Shown here: positions 28,444-36,519 of the stretch, piece by piece
How the letters are laid out: every line of letters starts with the position of its first letter
Position numbering within the stretch: the stretch's first letter is position 1
Assembly (NCBI GenBank): GCA_027036135.1
Contig: JALVSY010000007.1
Coordinates: forward strand, 420,880 to 484,879
Reading direction: 5' to 3'
DNA: 64,000 nt
DNA from: Pyrodictiaceae archaeon
Lineage (GTDB): Archaea > Thermoproteota > Thermoprotei_A > Sulfolobales > Pyrodictiaceae
Notes under the pieces: model-generated
Told to the model about the DNA's origin: nothing
Databases searched by the model: none
What the model saw: the letters and a program-made list of their open reading frames with translations, nothing else
Translations under genes and position numbers: made by a program

Positions 28444-31260
28444 GTGCAACAAGATAATGTTTTTTCTCTACTCGACACGCGGCTCTATAAAGTGCTCAGT
28501 AAATATGGATATAGAGAACCTACTCCCATACAGTCGGCAGCAATTCCTTTTATTCTTACTGGCTATAGTGTTCTGATAGCTGCTCCCACTGGGAGCGGAA
28601 AAACAGAAGCAGCTTTGTTTCCTGTAATGTCCATGATACTTAGAAACAGACTCTCCGGGATACGTGCTCTCTATATTACTCCTCTTAAGAGCTTAAACAG
28701 GGACATTTTCCAAAGAATGGCACGTATTGCCGAGGAGGCTGGTTTAAGTCTTAGAGTTAGGCATGGTGATAGCAGTGCGTCGGAGAAAAGAGAATTCTTG
28801 ATGAATCCTCCAGCAATAGCTATTATGACTCCCGAAACTTTCTACTTACTTTTATCCTCGGAGCCTTTCAGGAGATCATTAAGATATTTGGAATACGTAA
28901 TAGTAGATGAAGTTCACGAGCTCTTATCGAGTAAACGTGGTGTAGAGTTATCTCTAGCGATAGAGCGTGTTGATGCTCTTTATTCAAGGAAACACCTAAA
29001 GATTATAGCATTATCGGCAACGCTAAGCGATCCATTTGGTGTTGCGAGGCTCATCATGGGGCATAGAGTATTTAGGGTTATTAATGCAGATAGATTAGTA
29101 AAACGCTATGCAATAGAGGTTGATGTGCCATGCCCTAAGGAATCCTGTTCCGATTCGCTAGAGTCTCTTAATGCTAGAGTGAATTATATAGCTAACAAGG
29201 TGGCGAGTTCTCGCGGAAATGTTTTGCTGTTTACGAATACTCGTGACACAGCAGAGGTGCTCGGCGCTTTACTTAGGAGTAGGCTAGGCAATATTGTCCG
29301 TGTTCATCACGGTAGCCTTAGTAGGGATGAACGAATAGAGAGTGAAACATACTTCCGGGACGGCAAGGTGAGATTGCTTATAGCGACTTCAAGCCTAGAA
29401 CTGGGCATCGATATAGGGCGTGTTGACTTAGTTATTCAGTACTTATCTCCGCGCCAAGCCTCTAGGCTTGTTCAGCGTGTTGGTAGGGCTTCACATAAAT
29501 TAGGCTTAGTATCGAGGGGCATCATAGTTGCATCACCTAACGTTTTTGACATCCTTGAATCAGCTGTTATAGCTGCTAGAGCTATGCGAGGCAACTTAGA
29601 GGACCTCTATATACATATGAATGCACTAGACGCTTTGGTTCATCAAGTTGTGGGCTTGGTTATAGAGAGGGGTTCAATAAAGTTACTAGATGCTTACAAT
29701 ATCATTACACGTAGTAAATTCTATGAAAACCTTGACATAGATCAGTTTATTCAAGCAATCAGTGTAGCAGATTCTGTTGGCATTCTTCGTTTTAATGGCA
29801 ACGAGATTAAGCCTGGACCGCGTAGTAAGAGTTACTACTTCTCTACAACGATGATAACAGAGACTAAGCAATATGATGTAATCGACTCCATTAGTGGTAA
29901 GAAGATAGGCGTACTTGACGAGGAATTTGTCGCAACACTCGATAAGGGTGATGTCTTCGTACTAGCGGGTAGGGTTTGGGAGGTAATAGATATCACAAAT
30001 GATGTTGTGCGCGTAATTCCTCAAAGTAATACAGAGCGATTAATGCCTCCAGCATGGGAGGGCGAGCTAATACCAGTCGAATACGGTGTTGCACGTGAGG
30101 TTGGAAGTATTCTGAGAAGATTTAAGGAAAACAATAATGTTTTAGAGAATTATCCCCTATCCGAAAATGCTAAGGCCCTGGTGAATAGAAAGCTTATGAA
30201 TTATCTCAAAGATATAGGAGAACTACCTAGCGATAGAAGCTGCGTCATAGAGCACTATGGTGACGTCTTCATTATTTATAGTTTCTTGGGGTCTAGAGGG
30301 AATAAGGCTCTTGAGTACCTTATCTCAGCGTACATAGCTGAGATAGAAGGCTTTAATCCATCAACAGCCAGTACGCCCTATGTAGTCGCGGTTCGTCTTC
30401 CATCGCGCCGCTCAGCATCTTATGTTAGACAAATACTGCAAGGGCTAATGATGCTAAGTGATAAAGAAATAATAGAGCTAGTTAAAAGGGCAGTTAAAAG
30501 AAGTAAAATGTTTGAGTGGACTCTCTACAGAGTTAGTGTAAGAAGTGGTGCTATTCAGCGCGAGGTAGTTGATACCACGCTTTTGAAGAGAACACTAAGA
30601 AGATTAGCTGATACCATTCTCGGTGAGGAGGCTTTCAGAGAGATCCTTGTGAGAAAGATTGATATTAATGCGCTCTTACAATTCATTAAGGAGTTAAGAA
30701 AAGGAATACGTAAGTTAAAAGTCGTTGAACTAAGAAATATATCCATTTTAGCAGAGGACGCTGTATCAGAGGCAAGGTTTAGTGACAAGATAATTGCAAA
30801 ACAACTACCATCTACTATCATCGCTGAGGCTATTAAGAGAAGACTATCTCGGAAGGAGGTATACCTAGTATGTCTTATGTGTGGTTCGATTAAGAGAGAG
30901 TTAATCTCGAACATAGAAGATACTCCGAAGTGCGAAGAATGCGGCTCGAGAATGTTAGCACCATTTACCAGCATGGAAGAGGCCAAGAAAATCGCTAATA
31001 TTGTAAGGAAGAGACGCCAGCTAAGAACCCTTACGAAAAGCGAGGCTAGGTTGCTAAGAGAGGCTTATGAGAGGGCAAACATAGTGCTTAATTATGGTAA
31101 AAAAGGTATCGAGGCCTTATCTTGGATCGGCATTGGTCCGTCAACGGCTAGAAGGGTTCTGAAAAAACTTGTATTCGGTGAAGAGGCGTTTTATAAAGCT
31201 CTTATAGAGGCAGAGGTTCAATTTCATAAGTATAAGCATAAGCTTCAAAGAAAGGAATAG
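28444..31260 (+). CDS. lhr: Lhr family ATP-dependent helicase
   Basis: PTPIQ, APTGSGKTEAA, DEVHEL, HHGSL, SSLELGIDIG, QRVGRASH, PPAWEGE, C-terminal CLMC/CEEC. Confidence 0.95.
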   Translation: MQQDNVFSLLDTRLYKVLSKYGYREPTPIQSAAIPFILTGYSVLIAAPTGSGKTEAALFPVMSMILRNRLSGIRALYITPLKSLNRDIFQRMARIAEEAGLSLRVRHGDSSASEKREFLMNPPAIAIMTPETFYLLLSSEPFRRSLRYLEYVIVDEVHELLSSKRGVELSLAIERVDALYSRKHLKIIALSATLSDPFGVARLIMGHRVFRVINADRLVKRYAIEVDVPCPKESCSDSLESLNARVNYIANKVASSRGNVLLFTNTRDTAEVLGALLRSRLGNIVRVHHGSLSRDERIESETYFRDGKVRLLIATSSLELGIDIGRVDLVIQYLSPRQASRLVQRVGRASHKLGLVSRGIIVASPNVFDILESAVIAARAMRGNLEDLYIHMNALDALVHQVVGLVIERGSIKLLDAYNIITRSKFYENLDIDQFIQAISVADSVGILRFNGNEIKPGPRSKSYYFSTTMITETKQYDVIDSISGKKIGVLDEEFVATLDKGDVFVLAGRVWEVIDITNDVVRVIPQSNTERLMPPAWEGELIPVEYGVAREVGSILRRFKENNNVLENYPLSENAKALVNRKLMNYLKDIGELPSDRSCVIEHYGDVFIIYSFLGSRGNKALEYLISAYIAEIEGFNPSTASTPYVVAVRLPSRRSASYVRQILQGLMMLSDKEIIELVKRAVKRSKMFEWTLYRVSVRSGAIQREVVDTTLLKRTLRRLADTILGEEAFREILVRKIDINALLQFIKELRKGIRKLKVVELRNISILAEDAVSEARFSDKIIAKQLPSTIIAEAIKRRLSRKEVYLVCLMCGSIKRELISNIEDTPKCEECGSRMLAPFTSMEEAKKIANIVRKRRQLRTLTKSEARLLREAYERANIVLNYGKKGIEALSWIGIGPSTARRVLKKLVFGEEAFYKALIEAEVQFHKYKHKLQRKE

Positions 31261-31317
31261 TTTCACCTACCCCATTCCCGGATATTGTTTCTACGAACAA
31301 AGAATCTACGGGGTAAG

Positions 31318-31593
31318 TTGAGCGATATAGTGAGTTTCATAAACACACTCACTACCCGGATAGTTACCATAGCATGGGGATTATTCCTTTTAACATGGAG
31401 CATTGGCTGGCTTCTCAAAGGCTCTCCCATACCCTTTATGAGAGTAAAGAGAGCCGGGCAAGACCTAGTTGAGGATGCTGTCTGGGCTGCCTTCTGGCTT
31501 GCACTAGGCTCATCAATATTCGCGCTAATATCATATATTGTTAATATGGTTGTTGGGTCACCAAGCATCAATGTAACCTCGGTACAACCCTAG
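31318..31593 (+). CDS. cedA1: DNA import pilin CedA1
   Basis: AWGLFLLTWSIGWLLKGSPIPFMRVKRAGQDLVEDAVWAAFWLALGS matches CedA1. TTG start behind SD GGGGT. Confidence 0.92.
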   Translation: MSDIVSFINTLTTRIVTIAWGLFLLTWSIGWLLKGSPIPFMRVKRAGQDLVEDAVWAAFWLALGSSIFALISYIVNMVVGSPSINVTSVQP

Positions 31594-31609
31594 TAGGTGA
31601 TAATAAGCC

Positions 31610-33055
31610 ATGGTAGTACTAAGTCCCTCAGCTCTGCTTTTATTAGCCACACAGATATCTGTACTCACGTACCATGTTGGTGTGCTAATCTACTTGGCTC
31701 CAATACCTATACGTAGTCTAAAGAGGTGGGCACCGCTCCTTATTCAGGATAGTATATGGGCCGTGATACTAGCGCTTTCCTTCTCGGCTCTCCTATATCT
31801 TTCAGACCTTATTGCATCATGGAGTGGATATACGCTTCAGGACGTAGTACTTTATGCAAAATCTCGAATGAGTGCAATACTTACAGCACAATTTATACTA
31901 AAGATGTTTATGATGATGACGTCTATATTTGCATCGGCTTTTAATAAATTCTTCTCCTTTTTCCTAATACCTCTTACACTAAATTTTTATGCACTAATAT
32001 CAGCATTTACAGTAGTAATAATAATAGCGGGTATAGTTATGAGTACTAAGGCCGCGCTAGCTGCACTAGGCATAGTATTGATGTCGTTACCCTTTAGGCT
32101 CGGACGTAATGCAGGTGCATCATTACTTGCATTTAGTCTCGTAGCTAATGCAATGCTACCATATCTACCTATTTGGATTAGCTTCTTCTACCAGGGCCTT
32201 ATACAAGGATATACGAATGTTCATGAACTAAATCATGTATCCCTTTACAAGACCTATGATCTTTGGGGGACAATCTACGGAGAGGCCGGCACATATCCCC
32301 ACGGAGGCTTAATTTTCTTTAATAATACAAATCTCCGTACAACGTTCATATTTAGAATACGGCAAGATGGAAGCTATTACATAATATATCCAGAAGGCAT
32401 ACCTAATGGTACATATATAATATATATAGAATATCTCGGAGCAAAGATAGTAAATCAAGGCTTTATAAATATACCACGAGATCTTAGGCTAACGTACGAC
32501 TTAGATGAAGCACCCTACCGCCTAGATATACACCTAAAAGATTATGTGTTTCTGAACCCTGACGTAGTACTCTTTAGTCAGGATTGCTCAAGTGTAAGAG
32601 TGAATAAAAATACAGATTCTCTATCTGTGATTACGTGCACACCTTCTACAAATTATGTGCATATAGAGCTCTATGTACCAGGTACATGTAGCGTTGAGTT
32701 TAAGACAAAAGGAGGCGATGTATATACAAGTGCCTTGTTCTATAAGCGATGGAGAGGAATAGGGGTACGCATTTACAAGTTCGGCGTGTACGGTGGTGTA
32801 GGTTATCCGATAACAATTGAAATAACTAAAAAAGGTACATGTTATGTTAATTGGGATAAAATTATAGCTGGAAAAATAATTCAGCAAACACCTAATAACG
32901 AGGGTCTCAATTTTAGTACACTAATGTACCTAATAGTATACATGACAGCGCTACCTATGGCAGTGTTCTCGTTCCTTACAATTATGAGCTTAGTAGTTGT
33001 TAGTGTTGCTCGCGCCCTTGGCGCTTCGTACTCACGCATAATATTTGAGCTCTGA
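31610..33055 (+). CDS. cedA: DNA import membrane channel CedA with large inserted domain
   Basis: GVLIYLAPIPIRSLKRWAPLLIQDSIW and LPFRLGRNAGASLLAF motifs, located after cedA1. Confidence 0.9.
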   Translation: MVVLSPSALLLLATQISVLTYHVGVLIYLAPIPIRSLKRWAPLLIQDSIWAVILALSFSALLYLSDLIASWSGYTLQDVVLYAKSRMSAILTAQFILKMFMMMTSIFASAFNKFFSFFLIPLTLNFYALISAFTVVIIIAGIVMSTKAALAALGIVLMSLPFRLGRNAGASLLAFSLVANAMLPYLPIWISFFYQGLIQGYTNVHELNHVSLYKTYDLWGTIYGEAGTYPHGGLIFFNNTNLRTTFIFRIRQDGSYYIIYPEGIPNGTYIIYIEYLGAKIVNQGFINIPRDLRLTYDLDEAPYRLDIHLKDYVFLNPDVVLFSQDCSSVRVNKNTDSLSVITCTPSTNYVHIELYVPGTCSVEFKTKGGDVYTSALFYKRWRGIGVRIYKFGVYGGVGYPITIEITKKGTCYVNWDKIIAGKIIQQTPNNEGLNFSTLMYLIVYMTALPMAVFSFLTIMSLVVVSVARALGASYSRIIFEL

Positions 33056-33073
33056 AAGGTGTGGTGACTAGGT

Positions 33074-33244
33074 ATGTCTCAAAAAACTGTATTGAGGCTG
33101 AAGCTTCAGACGACATTAAAAATAGCTCTTGTGGCTTCATTAATTGGACTGGTAGCAGCGGTTGCTACAAAAGAAAAATATATATTAATAATATCTATAA
33201 TAAATTTAGTATTATCTGTTTATTTAGCCAATGTTCTTAGGTGA
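33074..33244 (+). CDS. cedA2: Small two-TM protein CedA2 (not in the ORF track)
   Basis: Manual translation MSQKTVLRLKLQTTLKIALVASLIGLVAAVATKEKYILIISIINLVLSVYLANVLR (56 aa), SD GGTGA, between cedA and cedB. Assignment is positional. Confidence 0.72.
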   Translation: MSQKTVLRLKLQTTLKIALVASLIGLVAAVATKEKYILIISIINLVLSVYLANVLR

Positions 33245-33248
33245 TATT

Positions 33249-34598
33249 ATGATTATAGTTAGCATAATAGCGATAGTTATATTATTTAATATAGTTCCGG
33301 GATACATAGGTGTTAGTTCATTAATAGATAGAATATTTGGTAGAAAAAAGAGGGAAAGTGGTCAAAGATGTTGTATTAATATAGATAATAAATGCTATTA
33401 TTTATATAGAATATATCGTGATGATTGTATATTAGGTCTTCTTCGAAGCGGTGCACTATTAGAGTTAATGAGGGACTCGAATCTGTCGGGTATATTTGTG
33501 GTTTATGAGAGAGTTCAGCTTCACAAGGCTCTTCGCGAAATTGAGGCAAAAATATTAACATATAGAGTTGAACTTGAACGTAACCCGGATAATTTGCGAG
33601 CAAAGCAACGTCTAGAATTATTAGAATACATCTATAAAGAATTATCTAGATTAAATGATCCGATTAAGCCAACGCTTCTAATAGTGCTAGATAGTGAGGC
33701 AAAGCTTAGTGATATAAAGAAGAAACTATCTATATATAGATGCGGCATAAAGAGTGCTTGTAGTTTTTTACTAAATAGACGTAAGCCAATTATATCACGG
33801 AATTCTATTGCAATCAATATCATCCAAGTATTAAATTATGCCTACTCCTTGCTTGCTCTGCAAAGTAGCTCCGGCTTCTTGATAGGCTATGAGATGCTTA
33901 ATAATACTCCCGTAAAGCTCCCTATGTGGAGTAATAGACTAGGTGCTCTTCATACACTGATTGTTGGACCGAGTGGCAGAGGGAAAACAACGCTTCTTGC
34001 ACGTTTGGTGTTCGAAAGCATTGTTAAAGAAAACTATTGTCTAAAAGTTATAGATCCTAAAGGTGATTTAGAAGAATTGATAGGCAGAATTATGTGGCTA
34101 GGTAACCTAGAAATATATGATAGTAGTAAAACGGATCTAATCAACTTAGACACTTTGCTTGATTGGCCTAGTAAGTGTCGATATAAAGTAGTTATAGGTG
34201 ATGAGGCTTGGCGAGTAATAAGTGAACTAGGCTCCAAGTATGATAAACTAATTAGGTCTGCTAGAAGCTTGGGCATAAACCTTGTATTGGCGTCTCAACA
34301 ACCAGAGGATTTTCCGCAGAGCATGTGGAATAATTCCCATAACTTCATAGTGTTTGGATCATCTAGTCCAAGCTATATTGAGTCCATTAAAAGATTTGCA
34401 AATATATCTGAGGAGGAGGCATCTCAGCTTCTTAGGCTTGGAATAGGTGAGGCATTGCTTAAACACTTCAAATCTATGACGGGTATATTCTTTCGTGCAT
34501 ATACTCCACCGATAACAGTTAAGAATCCGGGAGAAGGGGTTGGGAAGGCTGGGAGAAGGGTGCTAAGCTATGGGCAAGCGATTGATTATCCAGCGTAG
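33249..34598 (+). CDS. cedB: VirB4/HerA-like ATPase CedB
   Basis: N-terminal TM, coiled coil, HTLIVGPSGRGKTT, IDPKGD, GDEAW, RSLGINLVLASQ, located after cedA2. Confidence 0.82.
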   Translation: MIIVSIIAIVILFNIVPGYIGVSSLIDRIFGRKKRESGQRCCINIDNKCYYLYRIYRDDCILGLLRSGALLELMRDSNLSGIFVVYERVQLHKALREIEAKILTYRVELERNPDNLRAKQRLELLEYIYKELSRLNDPIKPTLLIVLDSEAKLSDIKKKLSIYRCGIKSACSFLLNRRKPIISRNSIAINIIQVLNYAYSLLALQSSSGFLIGYEMLNNTPVKLPMWSNRLGALHTLIVGPSGRGKTTLLARLVFESIVKENYCLKVIDPKGDLEELIGRIMWLGNLEIYDSSKTDLINLDTLLDWPSKCRYKVVIGDEAWRVISELGSKYDKLIRSARSLGINLVLASQQPEDFPQSMWNNSHNFIVFGSSSPSYIESIKRFANISEEEASQLLRLGIGEALLKHFKSMTGIFFRAYTPPITVKNPGEGVGKAGRRVLSYGQAIDYPA

Positions 34599-35286
34599 GG
34601 GTAGAGGCACACCACTATATCGTAGCAGGCCGTGGCTCCACCCAGCACCGGCTCGATATCCACCGCTAACACCAGTTACTCTTAGAGGCAGAGTTATAGA
34701 ACTGATACATGACCCGGGGAGATGGGTTCCATTAGCACACATTGTGCTAGAGAACGGACAAGACTTCTGGATACCAGCTGTTGAGGGAATGTATGTTGGC
34801 CAAATCATAGAAATAGGGCCCGAAGCTACACCAAGCAATGGCAACATACTGCCAGTAGGGAGAATACCGGAGGGAACACAGGTAACCAACGTAGAGATAC
34901 GGCCAGGAGATGGCGGGAAGATAGCTAGATCCTCGGGGACCTACGCAGTTATTATTGGAAGAAGTGGAAACAAGACACTAATTCAGCTCCCTAGTGGCAA
35001 AGTAAAAGAAGTGCCTAATGATGCAAGAGCGACTATAGGGGTAATAGCTGGAGGAGGTAGGCTAGAAAAGCCATTACTAAAAGCGGGTGCCTCGTACTAC
35101 AAGTGGAGCGCAAAACCACATGTATGGCCGCGTGTAAGGGGCGTAGCAATGAACGCTGTAGACCATCCACATGGCGGTGGCAGCCACCAGAGCCCGAGCT
35201 TCCCAACAACAGTCTCGCGTAATGCGCCTCCAGGCCGCAAAGTAGGCCACATAGCTGCTAGGTCAACTGGTCGTAAGAAGAGGTAA
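34570..35286 (+). CDS. rpl2: 50S ribosomal protein uL2
   Basis: MGKRLIIQRRGRG, HDPGR, VRGVAMNAVDHPHGGG. Confidence 0.98.
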   Translation: MGKRLIIQRRGRGTPLYRSRPWLHPAPARYPPLTPVTLRGRVIELIHDPGRWVPLAHIVLENGQDFWIPAVEGMYVGQIIEIGPEATPSNGNILPVGRIPEGTQVTNVEIRPGDGGKIARSSGTYAVIIGRSGNKTLIQLPSGKVKEVPNDARATIGVIAGGGRLEKPLLKAGASYYKWSAKPHVWPRVRGVAMNAVDHPHGGGSHQSPSFPTTVSRNAPPGRKVGHIAARSTGRKKR

Positions 35287-35330
35287 ACCTAATTCAACCC
35301 CTTAGCTATTGATGTGTAGAGGGAGTAATT

Positions 35331-35798
35331 ATGCAGAGTGCGCGTCTCCGACTAGACGAGGAAATGAAGAAATGGCTTGATGCTCTTCCGCCAGAATGGA
35401 AGAAGTTCAAGTACCGTGGCTATTCCCTAGAGGAACTCTTATCCATGCCTATGGATGAATTTGTAAAACTATTGCCAGCAAGGCAGAGGCGAAGCCTACT
35501 TCGAGGCTTGACGGATCAGCAACGAAGACTGTTATGGAAAATAAGAAAGGCACGTAAGAAGATCCTTGAAGGGAAGAAAGTTGTTGTTAAAACACATGTA
35601 AGGGACATGATAATACTACCAGAAATGGTTGGCTTAACTATAGCTGTATACAATGGAAAGGAATTCGTACCCGTAAGAATACAGCCAGAAATGATAGGGC
35701 ACTACTTAGGAGAATTCAGTCCAACATGTAAGCAAGTGCAGCACGGCGAGCCAGGTCTTAAGGCAACAAGAAGCACCCTACACGTAGCGCTAAAGTAG
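35331..35798 (+). CDS. rps19: 30S ribosomal protein uS19
   Basis: [25 protein letters not shown]. Confidence 0.98.
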   Translation: MQSARLRLDEEMKKWLDALPPEWKKFKYRGYSLEELLSMPMDEFVKLLPARQRRSLLRGLTDQQRRLLWKIRKARKKILEGKKVVVKTHVRDMIILPEMVGLTIAVYNGKEFVPVRIQPEMIGHYLGEFSPTCKQVQHGEPGLKATRSTLHVALK

Positions 35799-35948
35799 CA
35801 TGCATCAACATTCCTTACCTTACCTCTGTCTTTTCAAAATATAGCTTTAATTCCTGTTTTAATTTACTTGAAAAGCGCCGAAGCTGACAGCATCCTATAC
35901 TTGTAAAAGGAATAGAATGAATGCATTAGCGCGAAACGAGGGAAGCTT

Positions 35949-36491
35949 GTGTCAACTAAGAAGCAGGTTCTAAGACTAAAGTATAATATAACGAGTAAGG
36001 ACTATGATGCAATTTATGCCGAGGAACAACTAGAGAAATATACCGTATCTATAAAGTATATAGATGTATATAATAAGGTGCTTGATTGCGGTTGCGGTAC
36101 AGCACTTTTCATAGAATTCCTAAAAGGTATGAAAAGACTCTGCAACGTGAATTACTACCTATGCCTAGACTTGTCTCCAGGAATGCTGAGACAAGCCAAA
36201 CGAAGAATAAGGAAGCTTGGCTTAGGCTTTCTCGCCGAACTCGTAGAAGCGGACGCAGAGTATTTGCCTCTTCGAGACAAAAGCGTGGAGACGGCTGTAT
36301 CATTCACTGTCATAAATCTGTTGGAAGATAAGACAAAGGGTATTAGAGAGCTCCAACGTGTAACATGTGGCTGTATCCTAGTATCGGTACTAAAGCTTGC
36401 AGAAAAACTCGATATGGTTAGTCTCCGCTTCGGTAAGTATGTAGGTGAAACAAGCAAGGACAAAATATTTCTCAAATGCAATAATGACTAA
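35949..36491 (+). CDS. Class I SAM-dependent methyltransferase
   Basis: VLDCGCGT, DLSPGML, ADAEYLPL. Confidence 0.88.
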   Translation: MSTKKQVLRLKYNITSKDYDAIYAEEQLEKYTVSIKYIDVYNKVLDCGCGTALFIEFLKGMKRLCNVNYYLCLDLSPGMLRQAKRRIRKLGLGFLAELVEADAEYLPLRDKSVETAVSFTVINLLEDKTKGIRELQRVTCGCILVSVLKLAEKLDMVSLRFGKYVGETSKDKIFLKCNND

Positions 36492-36519
36492 TACGTCATT
36501 AATTGTATGACTGTAGTCG

